NCBI GenBank assembly: GCA_965226095.1
Contig: OZ245336.1
Span: forward strand, 1,481,308-1,545,307
Reading direction: 5' to 3'
DNA: 64,000 nt
From: Bdellovibrionales bacterium
GTDB taxonomy: Bacteria; Bdellovibrionota; Bdellovibrionia; Bdellovibrionales; UBA1609
In this document: positions 30,761-40,150 of the stretch, in pieces
Layout: the number at the start of each line of letters is the position of its first letter
How positions within the stretch are numbered: the stretch's first letter is position 1
The notes under the pieces: generated by a model
Seen by the model: the letters and a program-made list of their open reading frames with translations, nothing else
Database searches by the model: none
What the model was told of the DNA's origin: nothing
Translations under genes and position numbers: made by a program

Positions 30761-32899
30761 TTGCCCTCATTATCTATAAAAAATCAAAAAGATTTAGAAA
30801 TCACCCGTAATATTGGAATCATTGCTCATATTGACGCTGGCAAGACCACTTTGACTGAGCGTATTTTATTTTATACCGGCCGTAGTCATAAAATGGGCGA
30901 AGTGCATGAGGGCAACACCGTCATGGACTGGATGAAGCAGGAACAGGAAAGAGGGATTACCATTACAGCGGCGGCGACTACCTGTTTTTGGCGGGAGCAT
31001 CGAATTAACATTATAGATACCCCTGGTCATGTGGATTTCACTTTGGAAGTGGAACGCTCTCTAAGAGTACTGGATGGAGCTATCACTGTTTTTGATGCTG
31101 TCAGTGGTGTGGAGCCACAAAGTGAAACTGTGTGGAGGCAGGCGGATAAATACAAAGTTCCTCGAATTTGTTTTATCAATAAGATGGACAGAGTAGGCGC
31201 TAATTTTACAGCCAGTGTGCAATCTATTAGAGATAAACTAAAAGCAAACCCTCTTTGTCTACAAATACCCATTGGGGCAGAAGAAAATTTTAGCGGAGTT
31301 ATTGATCTGGTGGAGAACAAAGCTTTTGTATGGGATCAAGATGAATTAGGGGAAAAATATTCCACAGTGCCTATTCCTGAGGATCAATTGGCAGAGTGTA
31401 AGTCCGGCAGAGAAAAAATAATAGAAAAAGCTTGTGAGTTCGATGATGATTTAATAAAGCAATTTTTATCTGATGAAAATATTGATCCAAAAGAACTAAA
31501 AAAAGCTCTACGAAAAGCCTGTTTAAATTTAAAAATTACTCCCGTGTTTTGTGGAGCGGCTTTTAAAAACAAGGGTGTTCAGCAAATCATTTCCGCGGTG
31601 TTGGATTATCTGCCCAGTCCTATTGATTTACCTCCTATCAAGGCCTTACCTAGCTGGGGTGAGCAAAAAAAACCTAAAAAATCATCCTCTCAACACTTAT
31701 GCTCCACCAGTTTTGATGAGCCTCTTTGTGCTTTGGCTTTTAAAATCATGGAAGATCCTTTTGCTGGTTACTTAACTTATGTGCGTGTGTACTCTGGTGT
31801 TTTAAAAGTTGGTACTCAAGTTATCAATACACGGGAGCAAAAAAAAGAGAGAATACAAAAATTAGTGAAGATGCATTCCAAGGCTCGTGAAGAGATAGAT
31901 TGTTTAAAAGCCGGAGACATTGGAGCTATCCTGGGTTTAAAGTTTACCAAGACAGGTGATACATTATGTGAATCTTCTCGTTTGTTGGCTTTGGAGTCTA
32001 TAGAGTTTCCTGAACCGGTGATTTCCATAGCGGTGGAAGCAAAATCCTCTGTGGATCAAAAAAAGATGTTAAAAATTTTAAAAGATATACAGAGAGAAGA
32101 TCCTTCTTGTGCTCTGACCACTGATGCCGAAACAGGCATGACTTTATTGATGGGTATGGGGGAACTGCATTTGGAAGTGCTTATTCATCGTTTAAAAGAT
32201 GAGCACAAAATTCTTGTTAACACTGGTAAACCTAAAGTGTCTTTTAGGGAAAGTATTTCAAATGCTACAGAAGCGGTCGCAACTTTTGATAAAGAGATCC
32301 AAGGGCAAATGCAATTTGCCAAGGTGAAAATAAAAATTGAACCTTCCACTCATTTAAAAACTCTGGAGTTTGAAAATGCTCTCTCTACAAATACCATTAA
32401 AGTAATAAAAAAATCACAATTGTCAGAAGTGTCCTCTGCTATTCAAAAAGGAGTGGAGGAGGCTTCTTATGTTGGCAATATTATGGGGTATCGTTTGCTG
32501 GGAGTAAAAGCCACTTTACTTTCTATTGAAGGAAAAGAAGACAGTTTTTCAACAGAGGCTTTTAAAGCGGCTGGTGCTTTAGCTTTGCGAAAAGCCCTGC
32601 AAAAAGCAAGTAGTTATTTGTTGGAGCCTGTTTTTGATTTGGAAGTAATGACATCGGAGAATTTTTTAGGAGCTGTGATCAATGACCTCAATTCCCGAAG
32701 GGCTAAGGTGGAGGGAGTACAAATGCAAAAACATTTACAAGTGATCAAAGCGCAGGTGCCTTTGATGAATTTGTTTGGCTATGCTACGGATTTGCGATCG
32801 GTTAGTCAGGGGCGGGCTTCTTTTTCCATGAAAATGCGGGAATATGTGAAACTGCCGGAGAAAATTGCCAAGCAAATCATTTCTGGGGAACTGTTATGA
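30761..32899 (+). CDS. fusA: translation elongation factor G
   Basis: 712 aa. G-domain motifs [21 protein letters not shown]. The TTG start is taken from the ORF track. Follows rpsL-rpsG as in the str operon. Confidence 0.92.
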   Translation: MPSLSIKNQKDLEITRNIGIIAHIDAGKTTLTERILFYTGRSHKMGEVHEGNTVMDWMKQEQERGITITAAATTCFWREHRINIIDTPGHVDFTLEVERSLRVLDGAITVFDAVSGVEPQSETVWRQADKYKVPRICFINKMDRVGANFTASVQSIRDKLKANPLCLQIPIGAEENFSGVIDLVENKAFVWDQDELGEKYSTVPIPEDQLAECKSGREKIIEKACEFDDDLIKQFLSDENIDPKELKKALRKACLNLKITPVFCGAAFKNKGVQQIISAVLDYLPSPIDLPPIKALPSWGEQKKPKKSSSQHLCSTSFDEPLCALAFKIMEDPFAGYLTYVRVYSGVLKVGTQVINTREQKKERIQKLVKMHSKAREEIDCLKAGDIGAILGLKFTKTGDTLCESSRLLALESIEFPEPVISIAVEAKSSVDQKKMLKILKDIQREDPSCALTTDAETGMTLLMGMGELHLEVLIHRLKDEHKILVNTGKPKVSFRESISNATEAVATFDKEIQGQMQFAKVKIKIEPSTHLKTLEFENALSTNTIKVIKKSQLSEVSSAIQKGVEEASYVGNIMGYRLLGVKATLLSIEGKEDSFSTEAFKAAGALALRKALQKASSYLLEPVFDLEVMTSENFLGAVINDLNSRRAKVEGVQMQKHLQVIKAQVPLMNLFGYATDLRSVSQGRASFSMKMREYVKLPEKIAKQIISGELL

Positions 32900-34152
32900 A
32901 TATTTTAGTAATGGGAAAAGGTGGTAGAGAGCACGCTATTATTCGAGCAATTAAAAAGTCTTCTACAACACACAAGGTATTTGCTTTATCTGGTCAGGAT
33001 GGTTTTAAAACTTTGGCGGATTGTATTTCCAAAGATCTTTTGAAAGATAGGGATCAGTTTAAGGATTGGATAAAAAAAGAAAATATTCATTTGGTGGTGA
33101 TTGGTCCGGAGCAGGAGTTAGTGGATGGCTGGGCGGATTTTTTTAGAGATGAGGGGATTTGTGTGTTTGGTCCTTCCGGGAAGGCGGCTCAGTTGGAGGG
33201 CAGTAAATTGTTTGCGAAAAAATTTATGTCATCGGCGGGTGTGCCTACTTCTAACTATGAGGAAGTGAATTCTGTCAAAAGCGCTTTGGCAAATTCCTCC
33301 AGCTTTGATTTTCCGGTGGTGTTAAAGGCGGATGGCTTGGCAGCGGGCAAGGGTGTGTTTATTTGTCATGATAAAGAAGAATTGGAAAAATCAGCTAACC
33401 TGTTGTTTGAGCAAAAAATATTTGGACAAGCTGGTGAGGTAGCTTTTTTGGAAACATGTCAAAAAGGTTGGGAGCTATCTGTATTTATTTTAACTAATGG
33501 AGAAGATTACAAATTACTTCCGTTTGCCAGGGATTACAAAAAACGGGATGAGAATAACAAGGGGCCTAATACGGGTGGTATGGGAGCAGTGGCTCCACAT
33601 TTTATCTCTGAGGATTTACAGAAAAAAATTCATCAGCAAGTTCTTAAGCCCACTGTGATGGAGTTAAAAAAAAGAAACATGTTTTACAGAGGTGTTTTAT
33701 ATATTGGTTTAATGATAACTGATAAGGGGCCGGTGGTGTTGGAGTACAATGTGCGTTTTGGTGATCCGGAAACACAAGTTATTTTACCTTTATTGGATGG
33801 AGATTGGGCGAGTGTATTTTATGAAGTGACTCAAGGTTCTTTATCTGATTTACAGTGGAAACAAAATTGTTTTTCTACTTGTGTGGTGTTGGCCAGTCCT
33901 GGTTATCCTTTTAAGCCTGAGACAGGATTATTGATTGAGGGAAATATAGTATCCGATCTGGAATCGGACACATCTTATTTTCTACACGCGGGTGTTAAAG
34001 AAGATAATGGAAAATGGTTTACTAATGGTGGTCGTGTTTTAAATGCGATTGGTTTAGGTAATAGTCAGAAAGAATCTATTCAGCGAGCCTATGAGTTAGC
34101 TTCCCAGGTGAATTGGAAAAACCTTCACAAGCGCTCCGACATTGGTCAGTAG
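32896..34152 (+). CDS. purD: phosphoribosylamine--glycine ligase
   Basis: 418 aa. [15 protein letters not shown] start and ATP-grasp core ([29 protein letters not shown]). ATGA overlap with the fusA stop. Confidence 0.95.
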   Translation: MNILVMGKGGREHAIIRAIKKSSTTHKVFALSGQDGFKTLADCISKDLLKDRDQFKDWIKKENIHLVVIGPEQELVDGWADFFRDEGICVFGPSGKAAQLEGSKLFAKKFMSSAGVPTSNYEEVNSVKSALANSSSFDFPVVLKADGLAAGKGVFICHDKEELEKSANLLFEQKIFGQAGEVAFLETCQKGWELSVFILTNGEDYKLLPFARDYKKRDENNKGPNTGGMGAVAPHFISEDLQKKIHQQVLKPTVMELKKRNMFYRGVLYIGLMITDKGPVVLEYNVRFGDPETQVILPLLDGDWASVFYEVTQGSLSDLQWKQNCFSTCVVLASPGYPFKPETGLLIEGNIVSDLESDTSYFLHAGVKEDNGKWFTNGGRVLNAIGLGNSQKESIQRAYELASQVNWKNLHKRSDIGQ

Positions 34153-34167
34153 GCTATTCCTATATAA

Positions 34168-34191
34168 CTGAAAGCTCTCTAAGAGCTTCAG
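34168..34191 (+). terminator. possible stem-loop downstream of purD
   Basis: ctgaaAgctct-cta-agagcttcag forms a 10-bp stem with one bulge and a 3-nt loop, 16 nt after the purD stop. There is no T-tract, so this is weak. Confidence 0.25.
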
Positions 34192-34289
34192 TCCCTTGAA
34201 AGCAGGAATCCAGTCAAACCCGTCATTCCGGCCTTGAGCCGGAATCCAGAAAACAAATTTCGTCATTCCGGCCTTGAGCCGGAATCCAG
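34191..34289 (+). repeat. REP/NIME-like hairpin repeat block (3 units)
   Basis: One variant unit (cttgaaagcaggaatccag) plus two exact copies of cgtcattccggccttgagccggaatccag, with 8-bp arms ATTCCGGC/GCCGGAAT. Lies between the purD stop and the 3' end of OMP paralogue 1. Confidence 0.95.
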
Positions 34290-34319
34290 TCAGCTTCTCA
34301 ACTTTACATTACTCTTGGC

Positions 34320-34925
34320 TTAAAAATAGTATCTGCCTTTTACTTCAAAGAAAGGCATTGGAACAAGAAGGAAAAGTGTCTTTCCTCCTGCATCATTATC
34401 ATAAAGTAAACTATCTAAAGCTATAGAAGGAGCTAAAGAAGCAACTTTTATTTCAATGGCAATTTCAAATGAATCGTTTATATTAAAATTTCCAAAAACT
34501 CCAAGAAAACTAACTAACATAAGACTCCAATCATCTTTTGGAAAAAACAAATAAGGAACGATGGGTGATACATTTAATCCAAAAGAAAATAAACTATCTC
34601 TCATAAATTCATATCCATACTCAAGATTTAATTTCCCCATCAATGGAGCTTCAAGCAAAACTTCACTAAATGCAGAAGTACCGACATTTATATCTGCAAG
34701 AACATAACCAAAATAATTTGTTGAATCTAAAGTATGTTTGTACCCCAAACCAACACTTATAGAAACACCCGGTTTACTAGAAAGATTCAGTTCTTGAAAT
34801 AATCCAAATGTTGTCAGTTCAACAAAAGTGTTTTTCTGATTTGCACCTGCATACGAAACAGACACACAGAAACAACTTAATAAAATTAAGTGCTTCATAA
34901 CTCGTAAAACATTTTTCAAGTTCAT
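34320..34925 (-). CDS. small outer-membrane beta-barrel protein, paralogue 1 of 4
   Basis: True start taken at the ATG at 34925 (MNLKNVLRVMKHLILLSCFCVSVSYA, a signal peptide). The ORF-track TTG at 34988 is the -35 hexamer. Ends ...FFEVKGRYYF (terminal aromatic, OMP signature). Confidence 0.7.
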   Translation of the reverse strand: MNLKNVLRVMKHLILLSCFCVSVSYAGANQKNTFVELTTFGLFQELNLSSKPGVSISVGLGYKHTLDSTNYFGYVLADINVGTSAFSEVLLEAPLMGKLNLEYGYEFMRDSLFSFGLNVSPIVPYLFFPKDDWSLMLVSFLGVFGNFNINDSFEIAIEIKVASLAPSIALDSLLYDNDAGGKTLFLLVPMPFFEVKGRYYF

Positions 34926-35000
34926 AATAATCTTCTTTTCTATAAAGTTTACAACTGTCATGTTATTTTTATAGCTTAAAATTGTCAAAATAAATTAAAT

Positions 35001-35147
35001 AACACATACAGCTGCCGGCGCGAAAGTAGTTTCAGATATTTGCCGTCATCCCTGTACTGCCGTCATTCCGGCCTTGAGCCGGAATCCAGAAAACAAATCT
35101 CGTCATCCCTGCATCCACCGTCATTCCGGCCTTGAGCCGGAATCCAG
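35001..35147 (+). repeat. composite repeat: GC-rich palindromic module + TTCAGATATTTGC module + 2 hairpin units
   Basis: aacacatacagctgccggcgcgaaagta / ttcagatatttgccgtcatccc / 2x gtcattccggccttgagccggaatccag. Confidence 0.95.
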
Positions 35148-35177
35148 TCAACTTTTTAACGTTACATTACTCTTGGC

Positions 35178-35783
35178 TTAAAAATAGTATCTGCCTTTTA
35201 CTTCAAAGAAAGGTCTTGGCTTAAATGGACTCAACAAAGGTATCTCATCAGAGCGACTGAAAATGTAATAATCTAAGGCTTGAAAAACAGCTTTTACTTC
35301 AATGGCAACTTCAAATGAATCGTTTATATTAAAATTTCCAAAAATTCCAAGAGAACTTGCTAAATTAACGTTCCATTCTTTATCGCTTTGATTTTCGTAT
35401 TTAATAAGTGAAACAAGAGGAAAGACAGGTGATACATTTAACCCAAAAGAAAATAAACTGTCTCTCATAAATTCATATCCATACTCAAGATTTAATTTTC
35501 CGGCAAGTATGTAGTGCTCATCAGAAACGAGTCCACCAGTAAATACAGATGTACCAATATTTACATCTGCCAAAACATAACCAAAATAGTTATTGGAATC
35601 TAACTCATACTTGTATCCCAAACCTCCACCTACAACAAAAACCACATCAAATGATACTACTTCGCTTGTTGTTAGCTCAACAAAAGTATTTTTCTTATTT
35701 ACACCTGCATACGAAACAGATACAAAAAAACAACTTAATAAAATTAAGTGCTTCATAACTCGTAAAACATTTTTAAAGCTCAT
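35178..35783 (-). CDS. small outer-membrane beta-barrel protein, paralogue 2 of 4
   Basis: ATG at 35783 lies 6 nt after AAGGAG. Signal peptide MSFKNVLRVMKHLILLSCFFVSVSYA. Conserved blocks GLGYKYELD..NYFGYVLAD, GKLNLEYGYEFMRDSLFSFGLNVSP, FGNFNINDSFEVAIEVKA, FFEVKGRYYF. Confidence 0.75.
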   Translation of the reverse strand: MSFKNVLRVMKHLILLSCFFVSVSYAGVNKKNTFVELTTSEVVSFDVVFVVGGGLGYKYELDSNNYFGYVLADVNIGTSVFTGGLVSDEHYILAGKLNLEYGYEFMRDSLFSFGLNVSPVFPLVSLIKYENQSDKEWNVNLASSLGIFGNFNINDSFEVAIEVKAVFQALDYYIFSRSDEIPLLSPFKPRPFFEVKGRYYF

Positions 35784-35817
35784 AATAATCTCCTTTTTTA
35801 TAAAGTTTACAACTGTC

Positions 35818-35846
35818 ATCTTATTTGTATAGTTTAAAATTGTCAA
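35818..35846 (-). promoter_or_regulatory. sigma-70-type promoter of OMP paralogue 2 (TTGACA-N17-TAAGAT)
   Basis: The reverse strand reads TTGACAattttaaactatacaaaTAAGAT. The same architecture is conserved upstream of all four paralogues, with -35 hexamers at 34983-34988, 35841-35846, 37831-37836 and 38694-38699. Confidence 0.65.
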
Positions 35847-35926
35847 AATAAATTAAAAAACCAGCTAATAACACACCCAGCTGCCGGCATGAAAGTGACT
35901 ACTTCCATAAAACTAACATTTTGGAT

Positions 35927-35982
35927 ACCTATCCAAAATATTAGCTAATATTTTTGACACCTATCCAAAATATTAGTACTAT
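35927..35982 (+). promoter_or_regulatory. candidate promoter TTGACA-N17-TACTAT embedded in an 18-bp direct repeat
   Basis: acctatccaaaatattag occurs twice (35927-35944 and 35959-35976). The -35 TTGACA is at 35954-35959 and the -10 TACTAT at 35977-35982, 10 nt before the ATPase ATG at 35993. Confidence 0.45.
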
Positions 35983-35992
35983 ACTAGGTACG

Positions 35993-37102
35993 ATGAAAAG
36001 GTATTTAAAACAAGCTATTTTGGAAGACATAAAAAGTAAAATGGTGTTTGTATCCGGTCCAAGGCAAGTGGGAAAAACCACTCTCTGTCTTGATTTAGCT
36101 CCAAAAAAACACCGTTATATGAATTGGGATATTTTAACAGACAGAGAGTTTATTTTAAGACAAAAGTTCCCTGTAGAGAAATTCATTATTTATGATGAAA
36201 TTCATAAATTCACAAAGTGGCGTAATTATCTCAAAGGACTTTATGATAAACATAAACCGCAAAAAAAAATTCTCGTCACAGGAAGTGCCCGTTTGGATTA
36301 TTATAGACATTCCGGTGATTCTTTACAGGGAAGGTATCATCATCATCGTCTCCACCCTTTTACTGTGCGGGAGTTAAATATAAAAAGTCAAAAAGACATT
36401 ATGGATCTTCTGCATTTGGGAGGTTTCCCTGAACCTTTTTTATCCGGTTCTCATAGGCAGGCGAAGCGATGGATGCGGGAATACAGAAGTCGTGTGGTTA
36501 ACGAGGAAATTTCTTCCCTGGAGCTTTCTAAAAATTTATCTCAAATGGAGCTTCTCCTGTTAAAACTTCCTGAAAGGATAGGCAGTCCTTTATCCATCAA
36601 TTCTTTAAGAGAAGATATGGATGTTGCTCATAAAACTCTCTCCAAATGGCTCAATATTTTTGAAAGAATGTACCTGATTTACAGAGTTTCTCCTTTTCAT
36701 TCTAATAAGTTTAGAGCATTAAAAAAAGATCAAAAACATTACCATTACAACTGGGCGGAGGCGATCAATGACGGAGCAAAATTTGAAAACATGATGGCCG
36801 GGCACTTATTAAAATGGGTTCATTTCCAGCAGGATTACAATGGGAAGAACATAGATCTTTGTTATTTTCGGGATGTAGATAAAAGAGAGGTGGATTTTAT
36901 TATAACTGAGAACAAAAGACCAATTCAGGCTATAGAGTGTAAGTGGCAGTCAAAAGAGATTTCACCTTCTTTAAAATATTTTAAGTCAAAATTTTCAAAG
37001 ACGGAATGCATACAGGTTAATATGATTTGTCCAAAAGAATACATCTCGAAAGAAGGAATTAAAAACCTAAGCTGGAACACCTTATTGCACAAGCTGATTT
37101 AA
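35993..37102 (+). CDS. AAA-type ATPase (AAA_14 + DUF4143-like architecture)
   Basis: ATG at 35993 (MKRYLKQAILEDI...). Walker A GPRQVGKTT and Walker B IIYDEIHK. C-terminal EVDFIITE...IECKW resembles the DUF4143 nuclease-like tail. The ORF-track TTG at 35954 coincides with a -35 hexamer. Confidence 0.7.
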   Translation: MKRYLKQAILEDIKSKMVFVSGPRQVGKTTLCLDLAPKKHRYMNWDILTDREFILRQKFPVEKFIIYDEIHKFTKWRNYLKGLYDKHKPQKKILVTGSARLDYYRHSGDSLQGRYHHHRLHPFTVRELNIKSQKDIMDLLHLGGFPEPFLSGSHRQAKRWMREYRSRVVNEEISSLELSKNLSQMELLLLKLPERIGSPLSINSLREDMDVAHKTLSKWLNIFERMYLIYRVSPFHSNKFRALKKDQKHYHYNWAEAINDGAKFENMMAGHLLKWVHFQQDYNGKNIDLCYFRDVDKREVDFIITENKRPIQAIECKWQSKEISPSLKYFKSKFSKTECIQVNMICPKEYISKEGIKNLSWNTLLHKLI

Positions 37103-37110
37103 GGATATTA

Positions 37111-37137
37111 GTCATTCCTGCGGAAGCAGGAATCCAG
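37111..37137 (+). repeat. hairpin repeat unit, variant stem
   Basis: gtcattcctgcggaagcaggaatccag, with arms ATTCCTGC/GCAGGAAT. Lies immediately 3' of OMP paralogue 3. Confidence 0.9.
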
Positions 37138-37179
37138 CCAATTTTTCAATTATCAGATAAACGTTACATTACTCTTGGC

Positions 37180-37773
37180 TTAAAAGTAGTATCTACCTTT
37201 TACTTCAAAACCAGGCTGTGGATAAAATGGACCCAAAATGGAGCTCTTTTTCTCATCAGAGTTGCTAAGAATGTAATAATCTAAAGTCGTAAAAATAGCT
37301 TTTACTTCAATTGCAACTTCAAATGAATCGTTTATATTAAAATTTCCAAAGATTCCAAGAGTACTGTTTAAATTAAGACTCCACTTTCTATCGCTTTGAT
37401 TTTCGTATTTAGTAAATGAAACAACAGGTATAACAGGTGACACATTTAATCCAAAAGAAAATAAACTATCTCTCATAAATTCGTACCCATACTCAAAATT
37501 TAATTCTCCGTATGCGCGACCGAAACCAGTAAGAGCAGCACTAACATTTAAATCTGTTAGAACATAACCAAAGTAGTCTTTTGAACCTAAATCGTATTTA
37601 TACCCTAAACCTCCACCTATATTAAAGTCCATCCCTATAGACGATACCTCTCCTGATGTTGTCAGTTCAACAAAAGTGTTTTTCTTATTTACACCTGCAT
37701 ACGAAACAGATACAAAAAAACAACTTAATACAATTAAGCGTTTCATAACTCGTAAAACATTTTTAAAGCTCAT
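37180..37773 (-). CDS. small outer-membrane beta-barrel protein, paralogue 3 of 4
   Basis: ATG at 37773 after AAGGAG. Same conserved blocks as the other paralogues, with divergent loop segments. Confidence 0.75.
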   Translation of the reverse strand: MSFKNVLRVMKRLIVLSCFFVSVSYAGVNKKNTFVELTTSGEVSSIGMDFNIGGGLGYKYDLGSKDYFGYVLTDLNVSAALTGFGRAYGELNFEYGYEFMRDSLFSFGLNVSPVIPVVSFTKYENQSDRKWSLNLNSTLGIFGNFNINDSFEVAIEVKAIFTTLDYYILSNSDEKKSSILGPFYPQPGFEVKGRYYF

Positions 37774-37866
37774 AATAATCTCCTTTTTTATAAAGTTTAC
37801 AACTGTCATCTTATTTGTATAGTTTAAAATTGTCAAAATAAATTAAGAAGACAACATAATATTAAA

Positions 37867-37981
37867 ATAACACCCAGCTGCCGGCGCGTAAGTAAGTCAT
37901 TCCTGTCACTGTCGTCATGCCTGCGAAGGCAGGCATCCAGAAAAAAAGTTCATCCCTGTGAAAACAGGGACAGGAATCCAG
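37867..37981 (+). repeat. composite repeat: GC-rich palindromic module + 2 variant hairpins
   Basis: aataacacccagctgccggcgcgtaagtaa, then gtcatgcctgcgaaggcaggcatccag (arms ATGCCTGC/GCAGGCAT), then ccctgtgaaaacaggg...ggaatccag. Confidence 0.9.
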
Positions 37982-38024
37982 TCAACTTTTCAATTATCAG
38001 ATAAACGTTTACATTACTCTTGGC

Positions 38025-38636
38025 TTAAAAATAATATCTGCATTTTAGTTCAAAATGAGGTATTGGAAAAAAGTCAGTCCTAACAAATCCTTCTTTTAAA
38101 TTACCAAGTAACATTCTATTTAAAAATCGATAAACAGCTTTTATTTCAATGGCAACTTCAAATGAATCGTTTATATTAAAATTTCCAAACATTCCAAGAG
38201 AACTCGTAAACATAAGATCCCAATCCGTACGGCCTTTACGATTTTCAGAGATAGACAAATCACGACCTTTAAAAATAGACACAGAAGAAATAATGGGTGA
38301 TACATTTAACCCAAAAGAAAATAAACTATCTCTCATAAATTCATATCCATATTCAAGATTTAATTTTCCAGCCAATATAGCTTCCCCACCAGTAAGTGCA
38401 GGAGTACCAATATTTATATCTGCCAAAACATAACCAAAATAGTTGTTAAAATCTAACTCATACTTGTATCCCAAACCTCCACTTATATAAATACCTCCTA
38501 AAAATGATACTATTCCATTTGTTGTCAGTTCAACAAAAGTATTTTTCTTATTTACACCTGCATACGAAACAGATATGCAGAAACAACTTAATACAATTAA
38601 GCGTTTCATAATTTGTAAAATATTTTTAAAGCTCAT
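38025..38636 (-). CDS. small outer-membrane beta-barrel protein, paralogue 4 of 4
   Basis: ATG at 38636 after AAGGAG. Signal peptide MSFKNILQIMKRLIVLSCFCISVSYA. Ends HFELKCRYYF. Confidence 0.75.
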   Translation of the reverse strand: MSFKNILQIMKRLIVLSCFCISVSYAGVNKKNTFVELTTNGIVSFLGGIYISGGLGYKYELDFNNYFGYVLADINIGTPALTGGEAILAGKLNLEYGYEFMRDSLFSFGLNVSPIISSVSIFKGRDLSISENRKGRTDWDLMFTSSLGMFGNFNINDSFEVAIEIKAVYRFLNRMLLGNLKEGFVRTDFFPIPHFELKCRYYF

Positions 38637-38728
38637 AATAATCTCCTTTTTTACAAAATTTATAACTGTCATGTTATTTATATAGCTAAAAAATGTCAAA
38701 ATAAATCAAATAACCAGCATAGTATGAA

Positions 38729-38782
38729 ATAACACACCCAGCTGCCGGCAGGTAAGTAACTTCAGGTATTTGCTGTCACTCC
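38729..38782 (+). repeat. GC-rich palindromic module + TTCAGGTATTTGC module
   Basis: ataacacacccagctgccggcaggtaagtaacttcaggtatttgctgtcactcc. Confidence 0.9.
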
Positions 38783-38791
38783 TTTAAGGGT

Positions 38792-38980
38792 TCAATTATC
38801 CTTAGAAAAGTCTTCTGCTTCATATTTTTGAAGGATGTGGTGACAACGATTTTTTATAGATAAAAACAACTCTCCTTTAAGAGAAAAATCTGCTTTTGTA
38901 ATTAAATCACATCGACTATCTGCACTCATTTTTTTTAGATGCCTCTTTACATCCTGCACACTTCTTTGAGGATTAAACAC
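38792..38980 (-). CDS. small ORF; likely the 3' remnant of a 109-codon gene split by the HAD insertion
   Basis: 62 aa. Codons 11-15 (VKRHL) are encoded by the 17-bp repeat that also occurs in ORF 39681..39914, in the same codon phase. Confidence 0.35.
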   Translation of the reverse strand: MFNPQRSVQDVKRHLKKMSADSRCDLITKADFSLKGELFLSIKNRCHHILQKYEAEDFSKDN

Positions 38981-39705
38981 TACACTACAATACCATATCC
39001 ACCATAAGTCCTTGTCAATGACAGTGCTGGTATGTCTGTCGGACCATCTCCTATATAAATAAAGTTACTAAATGGACTCCAAAATTCGCCCCGTTGCACC
39101 TTATCATTAACAGCCTGTACCTTAGATTCTTCTGTAAAAACTCCTTTGGATATCTCATATAAAGCTCTTGTTTTCATTGTTTGATCCATACAAAAAACAG
39201 GAATACTCTCTACATCATCTTTCTTTCCCGGCGGATACACACAGCTATATCGACAACCCCAGATATTTGAAAATATTTCTTTAGGTACTAAAGATTCCAC
39301 ATACTCCTTTAAACCAGCTGTAATAATAAACTGATGAATTTTTATATTACTGTTTTTAAATTTGATTTCTTCTTCAATTTTTTTAATTTTTCCCAACAAA
39401 CTTTCAACTCCTGAATATAATTTCACCAATTCAGTGACTTCTTCATGAGAAAAAAATTCTTTTGTTAATGGTTTCTTCCCATGAAAAGCTATTCGTGATA
39501 AAACATACATCCATGTAGGCGCATCAGATGAAAGCATTCTCTCCCAATCAACTTCAGATTTTGAACCACTCACTGTTTTAATCCACTCCCAAAATTTTTC
39601 TATTTTTTCTGTACCTAAAAAGTACTCAACAATTTCTGATGTAGAATCATCTGGAGTAAGTGTACCGTCAAAATCCCAAACTATAGATATATTTCTGTGA
39701 GGCAT
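38980..39705 (-). CDS. HAD-superfamily hydrolase
   Basis: 241 aa. Motif I VWDFDGTLT (DxDxT) and motif IV IYIGDGPTDIPAL (GDGxxD). Confidence 0.7.
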   Translation of the reverse strand: MPHRNISIVWDFDGTLTPDDSTSEIVEYFLGTEKIEKFWEWIKTVSGSKSEVDWERMLSSDAPTWMYVLSRIAFHGKKPLTKEFFSHEEVTELVKLYSGVESLLGKIKKIEEEIKFKNSNIKIHQFIITAGLKEYVESLVPKEIFSNIWGCRYSCVYPPGKKDDVESIPVFCMDQTMKTRALYEISKGVFTEESKVQAVNDKVQRGEFWSPFSNFIYIGDGPTDIPALSLTRTYGGYGIVV

Positions 39706-39914
39706 GATTGATTATATGTTTCTGCGCTTAGATGCCTCTTTACAGATCTGCTTTTGGTAGCATTGTTGTTAGAAACTAACCGCCCAGTTCGAGAATCCCT
39801 ATGAACAGGCATATCAAGTATACCAAAATTGGACACATCATACCCATGAGAATTAATATGCTTTGTTGGTACTTTAGTTTTAGAAGATGATTTTTTCTTG
39901 CTCATATTTGACAA
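39681..39914 (-). CDS. small ORF; likely the 5' remnant of the gene split by the HAD insertion
   Basis: 77 aa, Ser/Lys-rich. Codons 58-62 (VKRHL) lie on the second copy of the 17-bp repeat. The tail overlaps the HAD start. Confidence 0.35.
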   Translation of the reverse strand: MSNMSKKKSSSKTKVPTKHINSHGYDVSNFGILDMPVHRDSRTGRLVSNNNATKSRSVKRHLSAETYNQSCLTEIYL

Positions 39915-40150
39915 TTACTATACCTAAATATAACTGTTCAAGCAATACATTAATGCTTACAGCAATATAATAAAAAAATTATCTTATCAAGTCTCCACCT
40001 TGGTCTTAAACTCTATATTTTATTCTTACATAATGCACAACTGCTGACACAAAAATCATTTCAGGTATAGGTCACCATTTTGACATAAGATAATTTATAC
40101 GAAATTCGGATCTCGTTCAGATTTCGCACAAACCAAAAATTACACAATCA

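Noticed and set aside
34926-34988. N-terminal 21-residue extensions (MTILxYxNxMTVVNF...) given by the ORF track for all four OMP paralogues
   Set aside because: The TTG start of each extension is the -35 hexamer TTGACA of a conserved promoter. An AAGGAG-type RBS and an ATG follow downstream, and the signal peptide begins at that ATG.
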